A stretch of DNA of 43,447 nt from the IMG/VR virus record IMGVR_UViG_3300022744_000011. The stretch is one strand, 5' to 3'. This document shows, one piece after another, positions 25,871 to 35,990 of this stretch. A program made the translations under genes and the position numbers. Source of the DNA: a virus. The number at the start of each line of letters is the position of its first letter. Position 1 is the first letter of the stretch. The notes under the pieces were generated by a model. The model ran no database searches, was not told the DNA's origin, and saw only the letters and a list, made by a program, of their open reading frames with translations.

Positions 25871-28320
25871 CATGGGCTGTACTAGATATTGAAACCACAA
25901 TCCACACCAGTTACAAGCGCAAGGCCAACGCCTTCGACGAACGTAACTGGGTGGTGCTGAGTGGGTGGTGCACCAAGGCTGAACCAAAGCCTCAGTGTTT
26001 CCGCGCCACACAAAGTAATCAACGACACGAGTGGTTGCTCATGTTGTTGGTGCCTGAGATTAAGTTGCTCGTCGGTGCTAACATCAAGTTCGACTTGCTG
26101 CATCTGTTGAAAGACCCGCATGTGCTTGACGCATGGATGACGTGGGTTGCACAGGGCGGTAACTTGTGGGACGTGCAGCTCGCTGAGTACCTACTCGATG
26201 GGCAGACACAAGCATCACACATGCTGTCGCTTGACGACATGGCCCTGCGCTATGGCAAGGACACCAAGGTGGATGAGGTCAAGCTGTTGTGGGAAGCAGG
26301 CGTACCCACCGAGGAGATTGATCCTGACTTGCTCAAGCGCTACCTGATTGGTGAGGACTTGATTGACCCTATGACCAAGCAACCCACAGGCAAACGCCGC
26401 GAGGGTGACATAGGAAATACTAGAGATATTTTTCTAGACCAAGTGCAGCGTGCACAGGCAGCGAACCAGAGCCGCAGCATCCTGCTCAACATGGGCTCGC
26501 TGCTTGCGACAGTTGAGATGGAACGCAACGGCATGTTCGTTGATAAGGCCAAGGGCTTGGAGATTGCAGGCGTACTCGCTACCACTCTCGCCGCCAACAA
26601 GCAAGAGCTTGAGAAGTTCTTGCCTGCTGACATGCCATTCGATTTCAACTGGACGAACCGCTACCACTTGTCACCGCTGATCTTCGGTGGTGAGGTACGC
26701 TATGATGCGTATGAGTACGACACCGCTGATGGTGGTACCATCCTGCGCAGTGACTACGAGAAGTTGTTGCCCGCAGGCCAAGCACCCAAGTTGGCGTATG
26801 CACAGATGGATGAGGTGCAGTACATCCTCAATGATGGCACTACCACACCAGTACCACCAGACTTAGAGACTGGTCACAACTACGCCACCTTCAAGGGTGG
26901 TAAGAATGCTGGTGAGTTCAAGACCAAGAAGGTCAAGGTCGATGATGTGTCAAAGCCCAAGGGCCGCAACACTAAGGTACCATTGCAGTTCAAGGGATTC
27001 ACTGAGCCTCTCGATGAGTGGGCATCAAGCACACCCGGCCTGTACTCAGTAGCCGCTGAGATCATTGAGTTGTTGGGCAACCGCAAGGACGTACCGTTCT
27101 TGGAAATGCTAGGCAAGGTCACTGCTATGAGCAAGGACTTGACCACGTACTTCATTACCGAAGACCCTGAGACTGGCGAGCAGAAGGGCATGCTCACGTT
27201 GGTGCAAGCTGATAGCATCATCCATCACATGCTCAACCATACGAGCACAGTGACTGGTCGCTTCTCATCAAGCAACCCTAACTTGCAGAACATTCCAAAG
27301 GGTAACAAGTCAGACGTGAAGACGATCTTCGTGTCACGCTTTGGTGATGACGGTGTGATCGGGCAGTCAGACTTCTCCTCACTTGAGGTGTATGTGCAGG
27401 CTATCCTCACATCATGCAAGCTGTTGATCGACGACTTGATTAAGGGTACTGACCTGCACTGCATGCGGCTCGCACTCAAGGAGCACATGGAATACCAAGA
27501 GGTGTTCAACTTGTGCAAGGGCTTCACCGACAAGGATGGTGTGTACCATGAGGCAGTCGATGAGTGGGACTACAAGCGCACAGGTGCTAAGGTGTTCTCA
27601 TTCCAGCGTGCCTATGGTGCAGGTGCTAAGAAGATTGCCAGCTCAACTGGTATGCCTATCGAGGAAGTCGAGGCGCTGACACTTGCTGAGCAAGAGCGTT
27701 GGCCTGAGATCGACGCATACTTCGAGAAGCGTGCGCTTGAGATTCAACGCAACCGCCGCCCAACCAACGTGATGGTACCGCACCCACTCAACCAAGCCAT
27801 CATGGTACAGCTAGGCATTAGCCGTGTGCGTACACCAGATGGTAAGCTCTACACATACCGCGAGTCCACGTCGATGGACTACCAACTCAAGCGCGGCATG
27901 CTCGCCTCGTTCTCTCCAACGGAGATCAAGAACTACGAGGTGCAGGGCACAGGCGGTGAGTGGATGAAGGCTGCGATGTGGCTGATGATCCGTGCGTGGT
28001 ATGCTCGCAAGAACTTCAACGGCCTGTCGTTGCTAGTCAACACAGTGCATGACGCTGCCTACTCTGACTCACACAAGACTGTGAAGGACGAGGCCGCTGC
28101 TCTGATGCACGCTTGCATGGAAGGTGCGAGCGACTTCATGGAGTGGTGGTTCAAGTGGCCGCTACCTTTACCTGTTCCAAGTGACACCGTGTGCGGTGCT
28201 AACATGGGAGAGGAAATCAAATTCTCAGGCGATGCGTTCAAAGCGCGTAGCAGAGAACTCCGTGCTGAACTACGCAGCACATACATGAACGGGTATCAAC
28301 CCACCTACTTGAAAGCATAA
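25867..28320 (+). CDS. DNA polymerase, family A (T7 gp5-like) with 3'-5' exonuclease domain
   Basis: Exo I VLDIETT; motif A DFSSLE; motif B RTGAKVFSFQRAYGAG; motif C LLVNTVHDAAY. Confidence 0.9.
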   Translation: MTWAVLDIETTIHTSYKRKANAFDERNWVVLSGWCTKAEPKPQCFRATQSNQRHEWLLMLLVPEIKLLVGANIKFDLLHLLKDPHVLDAWMTWVAQGGNLWDVQLAEYLLDGQTQASHMLSLDDMALRYGKDTKVDEVKLLWEAGVPTEEIDPDLLKRYLIGEDLIDPMTKQPTGKRREGDIGNTRDIFLDQVQRAQAANQSRSILLNMGSLLATVEMERNGMFVDKAKGLEIAGVLATTLAANKQELEKFLPADMPFDFNWTNRYHLSPLIFGGEVRYDAYEYDTADGGTILRSDYEKLLPAGQAPKLAYAQMDEVQYILNDGTTTPVPPDLETGHNYATFKGGKNAGEFKTKKVKVDDVSKPKGRNTKVPLQFKGFTEPLDEWASSTPGLYSVAAEIIELLGNRKDVPFLEMLGKVTAMSKDLTTYFITEDPETGEQKGMLTLVQADSIIHHMLNHTSTVTGRFSSSNPNLQNIPKGNKSDVKTIFVSRFGDDGVIGQSDFSSLEVYVQAILTSCKLLIDDLIKGTDLHCMRLALKEHMEYQEVFNLCKGFTDKDGVYHEAVDEWDYKRTGAKVFSFQRAYGAGAKKIASSTGMPIEEVEALTLAEQERWPEIDAYFEKRALEIQRNRRPTNVMVPHPLNQAIMVQLGISRVRTPDGKLYTYRESTSMDYQLKRGMLASFSPTEIKNYEVQGTGGEWMKAAMWLMIRAWYARKNFNGLSLLVNTVHDAAYSDSHKTVKDEAAALMHACMEGASDFMEWWFKWPLPLPVPSDTVCGANMGEEIKFSGDAFKARSRELRAELRSTYMNGYQPTYLKA

Positions 28321-28321
28321 G

Positions 28322-29122
28322 ATGGATATTAAAGCAATGACCGCTGCTGTTGCAGCAACTGGCCCCAACATGAACGAGGCCGTCAAGGGCGGCGGCGGTG
28401 ACTACCAACCACCAGAGGCAGGCGCATGCCGCTTGCGTTTTATTGGCTACGTTGAAGTGGGTAAGCATGAGAACAACGTGCCCGGTAAACCACCCAAGAC
28501 TGAGAACCAAGTGTGGCTGACGTTTGAATTGTCTGGCCCTAAGCATGCACCCAAGGTGCTGGAGAGTGGCGAGAAGATTCCACACCGCTTGACCTTGCGC
28601 CTCAATCATTCGCTCAACGAGAAGGCAGCGTTCTTCAAGTTGTTCAAGCGTATGAACTACAAGGGCGCAGCCACACACATGAGTCAGTTGTTGGGTGATG
28701 CGTTCCGTGGTACCGTAGTGCACACTACCAAGGGCGAGGGTACAGAGAAGGTGACGTATGCCAACCTCAAGGATGACGCTGGCTTCACGATTGCTCCCCC
28801 ACGCTACGATGATCCTGAGACTGGCGAGACACGTGAACTCGTAGTCGAACCTGCTATCAGCCCACTGCGTTTGTTCGTGTGGAATGCTGAGCCTGCCATG
28901 CTCAAGCAGATGTGGGACTGCATCTTCATCGACGGTACCGCAGGTGAAGGCGACAAGCAGCGTAGCCTCAACGTGTTCCAAGACAAGATCAAGTCAGCCG
29001 TGAACTTCGCTGGCTCACCCATCTCCATGCTGTTGGCTGGCAATGGTCAGCCACTGGACTTGCCTGAGACAAGCTCGGCCCCTGCCAAGACTGATGATGA
29101 TCCACTGAACAGCATGGTCTAA
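28322..29122 (+). CDS. hypothetical protein, possibly ssDNA-binding (acidic C-terminal tail)
   Basis: 266 aa between polymerase and exonuclease; ends KTDDDPLNSMV; the function is a guess from position and tail only. Confidence 0.3.
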   Translation: MDIKAMTAAVAATGPNMNEAVKGGGGDYQPPEAGACRLRFIGYVEVGKHENNVPGKPPKTENQVWLTFELSGPKHAPKVLESGEKIPHRLTLRLNHSLNEKAAFFKLFKRMNYKGAATHMSQLLGDAFRGTVVHTTKGEGTEKVTYANLKDDAGFTIAPPRYDDPETGETRELVVEPAISPLRLFVWNAEPAMLKQMWDCIFIDGTAGEGDKQRSLNVFQDKIKSAVNFAGSPISMLLAGNGQPLDLPETSSAPAKTDDDPLNSMV

Positions 29123-30102
29123 TGACCAGCGCATCATGGATGCAGGCTGCTGCTAACGCAGCGGCTGAGCACGAACCCTGTGTGAGCGTAGCCCCGGAGA
29201 TTGTACCGGGGCGTGTGCTGCACATCGACGGTGACATGATTGCGTACTGGGCTGGAGGTAACGATGACACAACGATTGAAACTTCACGCAATGTGGCAGC
29301 AAATAAGATTGACACTATGCGTGAGTATGCTGGGGCTGAACGTGTTATCGTGCACCTCACCGCAGCCAGTAGCACTAAGGGAGATCGCTTCCTTATCGGC
29401 ACAGTCAAGCCATACCAAGGACAACGCAAGTCAGGGCGCAAGCCTAAGAACTGGGCGTACCTTCGTGAGTGGTTAGAGACTTACGCTGGCCCTGCGTTCC
29501 GTGTAAAGAACTGGGCTACTCGTGAGGCTGATGATGGTCTGTCGTTCTTCGCATACTACGATGGTGCTGAGTGTGTCATGTCTACCAAGGACAAGGACAT
29601 GCGCATGCTACCCGGCCTGCACCTAGACTGGGACACCATGGCCCTGACGTTCGTACCACGTGGTGCGTACTCAGTGGTAGCAGGTGGCTTGCAGTATGGG
29701 CACAAGTGGTTCTGGTTGCAGATGCTGCACGGTGATACAGCCGACAACATCCCCGGCCTTCCTTACTACGTTGACGAAGACGGCAAGAAGAAATTGTGCG
29801 GCCCAAAAACAGCAGAGAATTTTCTCAAGGACACGGAGAACAACGGCGAAGCATTTGCCATTGTCCGAAACTTGTATGAGTCTTTCTATGCTGACGACTG
29901 GGCTGACCGCCTGCTAGAGCAAGCGCTGTTGTTGTGGTTACGCAATGACCGTGATGCTGACATGGGCAACGTGTTCCATGTGCTGCCGCCCCACCCCAAA
30001 CTGGAGGCTGCGCTAGTGGCTGTCCGTAAACGAGTCAAGGAAAAGTATGACGAAGCTCACCGCCTCACAGGTCAAAGTCCAGCGCGACAAGATGCTCTCT
30101 GA
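29122..30102 (+). CDS. 5'-3' exonuclease / flap endonuclease (T7 gp6-like)
   Basis: PIN-like acidic motifs VLHIDGDMIAYW, TREADDGL, STKDKDMRML, HGDTADNIPG. Confidence 0.8.
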   Translation: MTSASWMQAAANAAAEHEPCVSVAPEIVPGRVLHIDGDMIAYWAGGNDDTTIETSRNVAANKIDTMREYAGAERVIVHLTAASSTKGDRFLIGTVKPYQGQRKSGRKPKNWAYLREWLETYAGPAFRVKNWATREADDGLSFFAYYDGAECVMSTKDKDMRMLPGLHLDWDTMALTFVPRGAYSVVAGGLQYGHKWFWLQMLHGDTADNIPGLPYYVDEDGKKKLCGPKTAENFLKDTENNGEAFAIVRNLYESFYADDWADRLLEQALLLWLRNDRDADMGNVFHVLPPHPKLEAALVAVRKRVKEKYDEAHRLTGQSPARQDAL

Positions 30103-30424
30103 GCAAGGCGGCTTGTGCATGTTATGTTGTGAACGGATTGAGGCAGGCGCTGATGTGCTTGACCACGATCACAAGACAGGCCGTGTGCGTGCTGTACTCC
30201 ATCGTGGGTGCAACGCTATGCTCGGCAAGATTGAGAACGCTCGGCGTATCAATCACCTGCTTGGTTCACGACTGGGTAACATGCTCAGCCGTGTCGAACA
30301 GTACATCAACAGTGATTATTCACATCACCCAGTGTACCCCACCCACCGCACGGTGGAAGAAAAGAAAGAGCGTGCTAAGAAGTTGGCACGTAAACGCTAC
30401 GCAGCAAAGAAGGAATCAGCATGA
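30047..30424 (+). CDS. recombination endonuclease VII (Holliday junction resolvase type)
   Basis: QGGLCMLC...VLDHDHKTGRVRAVLHRGCNAMLG is the classical endonuclease VII signature; AAGGA RBS; 56-nt overlap with the upstream gene. Confidence 0.85.
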   Translation: MTKLTASQVKVQRDKMLSEQGGLCMLCCERIEAGADVLDHDHKTGRVRAVLHRGCNAMLGKIENARRINHLLGSRLGNMLSRVEQYINSDYSHHPVYPTHRTVEEKKERAKKLARKRYAAKKESA

Positions 30425-30582
30425 GTGATATTAACCCAGTCGTATTGCCAATGGGCAACCCTGAACCACAGCCAACACATGCACCCTCACCAACACAATC
30501 TGTGCTGGACTTCGAGAGTGACGCACCCTTGGTGTGTAACCGTGACCAGACAGGTGACACAACATGCGAGGCCTGCCAATGA
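30421..30582 (+). CDS. 53-aa hypothetical protein with C-terminal C-x9-C-x2-C
   Basis: ATGA overlaps at both ends (30421 and 30579); Pro-rich N-terminal half, ends VCNRDQTGDTTCEACQ. Confidence 0.45.
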   Translation: MSDINPVVLPMGNPEPQPTHAPSPTQSVLDFESDAPLVCNRDQTGDTTCEACQ

Positions 30583-31358
30583 GTGAAGCTAAGATCGGAC
30601 TGATCGACATTGAGACAAGCCCACTGCGTGCACACACATGGGGTTTGTTCGATCAGAACGTAGGCCTCAATCAGATTGACCGCGAGTGGACAATCCTTTC
30701 CTTCTGCTTCAAGCCATTGGGTGCAAGCAAGAAGCTCACTGAGTACATGGACACAGCAGGTGATCCTCTCAATGACAAGGCAATCGTCGAACGCTTGTGG
30801 CAGATCATGCACGACTACGACTTCCTGATTGCACAGAACGGCAAGCGCTTCGACATGCGTAAGATGCGTGCTCGAATGATCTTGCATGACTTGCCACCTC
30901 CATCACCCGTGCGTGTCATTGACACCATGCTGATGGCACGACAAGTCGCAGCCTTTACCAGCAATAAGCTGGAGTGGTTGAGCACGTACCTGTCCAAGAT
31001 TCAGAAGTCAAAGCACAAAGCATTCCCCGGCTTCGAGCTGTGGAGTGAATGCTTGAACGACAATCCAAAGGCGTGGGCTGCGATGAAGAAGTACAACATC
31101 CCTGACGTGCTGTCAATGGAGCAGGTGTACCTCAAGCTGCGCCCATGGGTAACAGGCCACCCCAACGTAGCCGCCTACACTGCAAGCGAGGAGATCGCCT
31201 GCCCTAAGTGTGGTAGCCATGACGTTGAGAAGGATGGTGTTGTTCGTACCAACGTGAGCGAGTACCATCGTTACCGCTGCAACTCATGCGGTGGCTGGAG
31301 TCGTGATCGTTTCACAATCAACAGCAAGGCCAAGCGCCGTGCGCTACTTGCTAACTAA
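30579..31358 (+). CDS. DnaQ/RNase H-fold 3'-5' exonuclease with C-terminal zinc ribbon
   Basis: IGLIDIETSP and IAQNGKRFDMRKM exonuclease motifs; CPKCGS...CNSCGG; ATG 30579 preferred over track start 30564 because of the ATGA coupling. Confidence 0.65.
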   Translation: MSEAKIGLIDIETSPLRAHTWGLFDQNVGLNQIDREWTILSFCFKPLGASKKLTEYMDTAGDPLNDKAIVERLWQIMHDYDFLIAQNGKRFDMRKMRARMILHDLPPPSPVRVIDTMLMARQVAAFTSNKLEWLSTYLSKIQKSKHKAFPGFELWSECLNDNPKAWAAMKKYNIPDVLSMEQVYLKLRPWVTGHPNVAAYTASEEIACPKCGSHDVEKDGVVRTNVSEYHRYRCNSCGGWSRDRFTINSKAKRRALLAN

Positions 31359-31367
31359 GGAAAGACA

Positions 31368-31892
31368 ATGAGTAATCCATTCAAGCGTGGAGATCGTGTT
31401 ATCTGCCTAAAGTCCCACAGTGACTTCGGGCTAGTGGCGGGGAACATCTACACAGTGAGTGAAGTTGCTGGGGACTTCGTTGGCATCAATGAAATTTCTA
31501 ACACAGGTACTGAGTGGTCGTGGACTCGCTTCGCACACACAGCACCTGCTGCCCCAACCACGGAGAAGACACCTGATGGTATCGACCAACATGCACCCGG
31601 AGCCAAGCTCGACGCAGGCAAGCTACGACCTGCGCTTGTCCTTGATGGCTTCGCAAATGCACTACTCGCCGTTGTTAAGGTCGGCACGGATGGTGCAGCT
31701 AAGTACACTGACAACGGCTGGCGCGAGGTCACAAACGGATTCCAACGCTACTCGGATGCTGAGGGCCGTCACCGCTTATATCGAGCGGCAGGAGAAACTC
31801 ACGACAAGTTGTCGGGCTCCTTACATTTGGCACACGAAGCATGGAACGCCCTTGCTAAACTTGAGCTGTACTTGATGGAGAATCCTGAATGA
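31368..31892 (+). CDS. SH3-like N-domain + DUF5664-type (dATP/dGTP diphosphohydrolase N-terminal-like) domain protein
   Basis: KLDAGKLRPALV...AAKYTDNGWREV...RHRLY..GETHD..SGSLHLAHEAWNALAKLE matches the pattern I recall for this phage family. Confidence 0.5.
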   Translation: MSNPFKRGDRVICLKSHSDFGLVAGNIYTVSEVAGDFVGINEISNTGTEWSWTRFAHTAPAAPTTEKTPDGIDQHAPGAKLDAGKLRPALVLDGFANALLAVVKVGTDGAAKYTDNGWREVTNGFQRYSDAEGRHRLYRAAGETHDKLSGSLHLAHEAWNALAKLELYLMENPE

Positions 31893-32143
31893 GTAACGCA
31901 AGCAAAGCGCTCGTCATAGCCATGGCTATCTATGCCAAAGACCCTGACAACGAGCGCTTCCCAATAGAAGACTTGGAGGCTGCACTATACCATGCAGTCG
32001 AGGTGTGCGGCTTCGGCCACGATGAGTTGAAGGCTGACCTCTATGCACAGTTGGCAGAGAAGCTAACTGCTGACACCAAGTTCAATGATGCAGTGGGTAT
32101 CATCGCTGATGCCATGGACTCCACGGAGAAATACTATGGCTGA
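31889..32143 (+). CDS. hypothetical acidic protein (84 aa)
   Basis: ATGA coupling upstream; 8-nt overlap with the ligase. Confidence 0.6.
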   Translation: MSNASKALVIAMAIYAKDPDNERFPIEDLEAALYHAVEVCGFGHDELKADLYAQLAEKLTADTKFNDAVGIIADAMDSTEKYYG

Positions 32144-33026
32144 CTACATCATTCAGAAAGCAACTGAGTTCGATAAGCAGTCTGCTGCTTACAAGAAGAT
32201 GCACTCGCTGGATGAGTTAGCACAGCACACTCACGTTGGTCAACGCAAGTACGATGGCTGTCACATGGTGGTGCGCACAGAGATGCCGTCACATGGTGGC
32301 TATGCCCAGTCCCGTACTGGTGAACTGGTCAAGTCATGTGACCACATTGTGCAAGCGTGCAATGCTGTGTTCGGTATTGGCTGGGTAATCTTCGGCGAGG
32401 TGTGGCAACTCAACACATCGTTCCCTGAGATAAGCGGAGCATTCCGACGACATGCGCCACAGCCGCAACTCTTGTATGTAGTGTACGACATTGTGTCGCA
32501 CTCTGCTTATGATGAAGGTTATGACCCTGTACCGTACACAGAGCGCATGAAGCATCTGTGCCTCACGCTGCGCAACCTTAACACCGTGGACTCACCATTG
32601 GTAGAGGTAGCCTACTACCCACCCGGCACGTATATGCCACAGCAACTAGCTAACCAGCTTGTCGCCGAGGGTGGCTACGATGGCCTCATCATGCGCAACC
32701 TTAATGCACCTTGGACAAAGGGCACAGCGCGTGATGGTGAACTCATCAAGGTCAAGCCAGTCATGTCCTTCGACTTGCTGGTTACTGGCGTTGAAGAAGG
32801 TGAAGGCAAGATGGCAGGCATGGCGGGCAACCTCGTGCTTGACTACAAGGGCAAACCAGTTCGTGCTGGTGGTCTAGACTACGACACACGCCGTGCATGG
32901 CTATCTGATCCGTCGAGCATTATCGGCAAGATCGTTGAGGTAGAGTGCATTGGCATTACCGAAGATGGTAGCTTACGTGAGCCGCGCATCAAGGGTGTGC
33001 GGCATGACAAACTTCAACCTGACTAA
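32136..33026 (+). CDS. ATP-dependent DNA ligase
   Basis: Motif I QRKYDGCH (KxDG), DGLIMRN, GELIKVKP; GGAG 32125-32128 then ATG 32136. Confidence 0.85.
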   Translation: MADYIIQKATEFDKQSAAYKKMHSLDELAQHTHVGQRKYDGCHMVVRTEMPSHGGYAQSRTGELVKSCDHIVQACNAVFGIGWVIFGEVWQLNTSFPEISGAFRRHAPQPQLLYVVYDIVSHSAYDEGYDPVPYTERMKHLCLTLRNLNTVDSPLVEVAYYPPGTYMPQQLANQLVAEGGYDGLIMRNLNAPWTKGTARDGELIKVKPVMSFDLLVTGVEEGEGKMAGMAGNLVLDYKGKPVRAGGLDYDTRRAWLSDPSSIIGKIVEVECIGITEDGSLREPRIKGVRHDKLQPD

Positions 33027-33029
33027 GAT

Positions 33030-35474
33030 ATGAAACTGACGCAACAAGAGATTGAACTTCGCATGTATAGCCAAGGCATTGACCGATGCCGTGCTAGAAT
33101 TAACAGGGCAGAGGAAGCGGGGGAAGCCACCCGCAATCCATACACTGCCACTATCCTTCGTGATTACGTTATGCCACTAGCCCGCATCCTCCACACTGAT
33201 GTGATGGAGTGTCATCCGGGCAAGCGTGCAGCTCACGCTCAGTTGTTGCGTCCTCTCGATCTTGAGGCAGTGGCGTTGCTCACTGTGCGCACTGTGTTGT
33301 CGATGCTGCTGATGGGATACGGTGATGGCAAGTTGCGTCCATGCTCGTACAACATTGGCCGCACGATTCACTGTGAGCTTGTGCTTGCACAGATTGAGCA
33401 TCTGTCACCTGACCTGTACCACACACTAGCCAACGACTTCAACCGCCGCCGCTCTAAGAACTTGCGTCACCGCATGACGGTCTTTCGCTTGCAAGCTGAG
33501 AAGGCTGGCATACACATCGACACATGGGACACTGGCTCCCGTGACCAAGTTGGTATGTACCTCATTGAGCGGTTGCAAAACCTTGGCATGATATTCGTCC
33601 AACCACCACCCATGCGCAACGGCAAGAAGATGGCCGGACGCATGCTTGACCGTGACGTGCACCTTACAGCCGAAGTCTCTGATGTGATCGACAAGATCAA
33701 AGGGATGGCTGAGATTATGTCTCCGCTGTATGGCCCCTGTGTTGAACCTCCACGTGACTGGACTACGTTCGACAATGGAGGCTTCCATACCCGTGACATG
33801 ATCCGTGCACACCCATACATGGTGAAGGCACACAGCTCAGCGCGTCAGCTACTACGTGATGCGTCTATGCCGAAAGTGCTTAAAGGCCTCAACCAGTTGC
33901 AGCGCACAGCATGGCGAGTCAACACTCGTGTGCTTGATACTGTGCTAGAGATTGCACAGCGCGACAACGTAGGTGAGATTGTTAGTATGCGAGAGACTGC
34001 TAAGCCTGAGCGTCCTTCGTGGTTGGAAGATGTGAATGACACAACTGCACTTGAGGGCACACAGCAACAAGAGTTCTTAGCGTGGAAGCGCGAGATGGCT
34101 CGGTGGTACACTGACCGCAAGCTGATGGGTACCAAGTATGCTCGCTTCTACAGCGCTACCCGTGCTGCTGAAACTTTCAAAGAGTACGATGAGTTGTTCT
34201 TCGTGCACTTTGCTGACAGCCGTGGCCGACTGTACCCACTGACGTATGGTATCAACCCACAAGGTTCGGACTTGCAGAAGTCCCTGCTACAGTTTGCCAA
34301 GGGTAAGCGCCTGCACAACGAGAATGCTCGTCGATGGTTCTTGATCCACGGCGCAAACAAGTGGGGCTTTGATAAGGCCACCTTGCAAGAGCGTGTTGAC
34401 TGGCACAAGGACAAGGACAAGTTGCTCATGGCTATTGCGAGCGACCCAGTGAATCGAACTGAATGGCAGGATGCAGACAGCCCGCTCCAATTTTTGGCTT
34501 GGTGCTTTGAGTATGCAGAATGGCAGATCGACCCTGATGGTTTTGAGTCTCGCATTGCTGTGAGTATGGATGGTTCTTGCAACGGCTTGCAGAATTTCTC
34601 TGCTATGCTGCGTGACGAAGTAGGCGGTAAGGCTACCAACCTCACGAACAATGTGTTGATGGAAGACATTTACCGCCGTGTCGCTGAGGCTACCATCAAG
34701 CGCATGCAAGCGTCAACTGATCCTGATGATGCTGAGTTGCGTCACCGCTGGTTGACACACGGCATTGACCGTAGCGTGGTAAAGCGTAGCGTGATGACTA
34801 CACCATACGGTGTGACCAAGCGCAGTGCTACCCGCTATGTGATCGACGACTACCTCAAGCAAGGCAAGGCACCATGCTTCACCAAGGAGGAGCACTACAA
34901 AGCTGCTACCGTCCTCATCACCTATGCGTGGCCCGCTATTGGTGACGTTGTGGTTAAGAGTCGTGAGGCTATGGACTGGCTGAGCAAGTGCGCTAAGCTG
35001 ATCGTTGACACATACGGTGACGACAATGATGGTGTGATCTCATGGGTTACACCCAGTGGGTTCATCTCCACCCAAGCGTACTACCAAGTCAACGAGCACC
35101 GGATCAGCACACGCATCAACGGCATCACCCGCATCAAGGTGCTGTCCGAGAAGGACGATGCGAACAGCCGCCGTCATGCAAGTGGCCTTGCCCCCAACTT
35201 CGTGCACAGCATGGATGCAGCTCACCTACACTTGGTGGCCGCTGCCTGTGCAGACCGTGGCTTTGATCTGGCTATGATCCACGATGACTATGGTACCCAT
35301 GCGGCTGACGCTGAGGATATGTACCACATCATCCGTGAAGTGTTCGTCAAGATGTACGAGCAGAATGACCCAGTTGAGGAGTTCGCTAGAGCGTACCCCA
35401 TCTGCCCTGCGCCCCCTAAGAAGGGCACCCTCGACCTGCGAGAAGTGTTGGAATCCCACTACTTTTTCTCGTGA
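33030..35474 (+). CDS. single-subunit DNA-directed RNA polymerase (T7-like)
   Basis: SMDGSCNGLQNFSAML, VVKRSVMTTPYG, FVHSMDAAH, IHDDYGTH correspond to T7 RNAP motifs A, B and C; 814 aa; located at the end of the replication module as in phiKMV-like phages. Confidence 0.95.
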   Translation: MKLTQQEIELRMYSQGIDRCRARINRAEEAGEATRNPYTATILRDYVMPLARILHTDVMECHPGKRAAHAQLLRPLDLEAVALLTVRTVLSMLLMGYGDGKLRPCSYNIGRTIHCELVLAQIEHLSPDLYHTLANDFNRRRSKNLRHRMTVFRLQAEKAGIHIDTWDTGSRDQVGMYLIERLQNLGMIFVQPPPMRNGKKMAGRMLDRDVHLTAEVSDVIDKIKGMAEIMSPLYGPCVEPPRDWTTFDNGGFHTRDMIRAHPYMVKAHSSARQLLRDASMPKVLKGLNQLQRTAWRVNTRVLDTVLEIAQRDNVGEIVSMRETAKPERPSWLEDVNDTTALEGTQQQEFLAWKREMARWYTDRKLMGTKYARFYSATRAAETFKEYDELFFVHFADSRGRLYPLTYGINPQGSDLQKSLLQFAKGKRLHNENARRWFLIHGANKWGFDKATLQERVDWHKDKDKLLMAIASDPVNRTEWQDADSPLQFLAWCFEYAEWQIDPDGFESRIAVSMDGSCNGLQNFSAMLRDEVGGKATNLTNNVLMEDIYRRVAEATIKRMQASTDPDDAELRHRWLTHGIDRSVVKRSVMTTPYGVTKRSATRYVIDDYLKQGKAPCFTKEEHYKAATVLITYAWPAIGDVVVKSREAMDWLSKCAKLIVDTYGDDNDGVISWVTPSGFISTQAYYQVNEHRISTRINGITRIKVLSEKDDANSRRHASGLAPNFVHSMDAAHLHLVAAACADRGFDLAMIHDDYGTHAADAEDMYHIIREVFVKMYEQNDPVEEFARAYPICPAPPKKGTLDLREVLESHYFFS

Positions 35475-35487
35475 TCCATATAAAGCA
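35475..35487 (+). promoter_or_regulatory. candidate phage-RNAP promoter core (TCCATATAAAGCA)
   Basis: Begins directly after the RNAP TGA stop; intergenic; start of the late region. Confidence 0.45.
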
Positions 35488-35505
35488 AAATAACCAAAGG
35501 ACTCA

Positions 35506-35811
35506 ATGAGTTACTCAGAAGTAGAAATTCAAATTATCCAGTGGGCTGAGGCCCGCAAGATTATCCCAAACTCCAAGCCGCATACTCAGTTGCTCAAGGC
35601 TGTATCAGAACTCGGTGAGTTGTGTGATGCAGAGATCAAGGGCGACACTGCTAAGCAGAAGGACGGCGTGGGTGACGTGATGGTTTGTCTGATTAACTAC
35701 TGTGCATTGCGAGACATTGATCTCGTGAGCTGCATGGAGTTAGCTTATGACGAGATCAAAGACCGCAAGGGTACTACGCTACCCAATGGTGTATTTGTGA
35801 AGGAAGCATAA
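35506..35811 (+). CDS. MazG-like nucleoside triphosphate pyrophosphohydrolase
   Basis: 101 aa all-helical pattern LKAVSELGELCDAEIKG....DGVGDVMVCLINYC typical of small phage MazG proteins. Confidence 0.6.
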   Translation: MSYSEVEIQIIQWAEARKIIPNSKPHTQLLKAVSELGELCDAEIKGDTAKQKDGVGDVMVCLINYCALRDIDLVSCMELAYDEIKDRKGTTLPNGVFVKEA

Positions 35812-35990
35812 TGGGCGAAGTAGTTGCAAAAACATACGCACGCTTGACGAAAGAAGTCTACGAGGACTTAGAGCGCAAGCTGCCTGCACCTAGCGTGCAA
35901 CGTGACACCACTGACCTGCAAGCCGGGTTCCAGTTGGGCATTCAGCATGTACTCAAGATGCTGCGAGAAGGCTATGTCATCGGTAAGTAA
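35811..35990 (+). CDS. 59-aa hypothetical protein
   Basis: TAATG coupling to MazG; TAA 35988-35990; below the track cutoff. Confidence 0.5.
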   Translation: MGEVVAKTYARLTKEVYEDLERKLPAPSVQRDTTDLQAGFQLGIQHVLKMLREGYVIGK

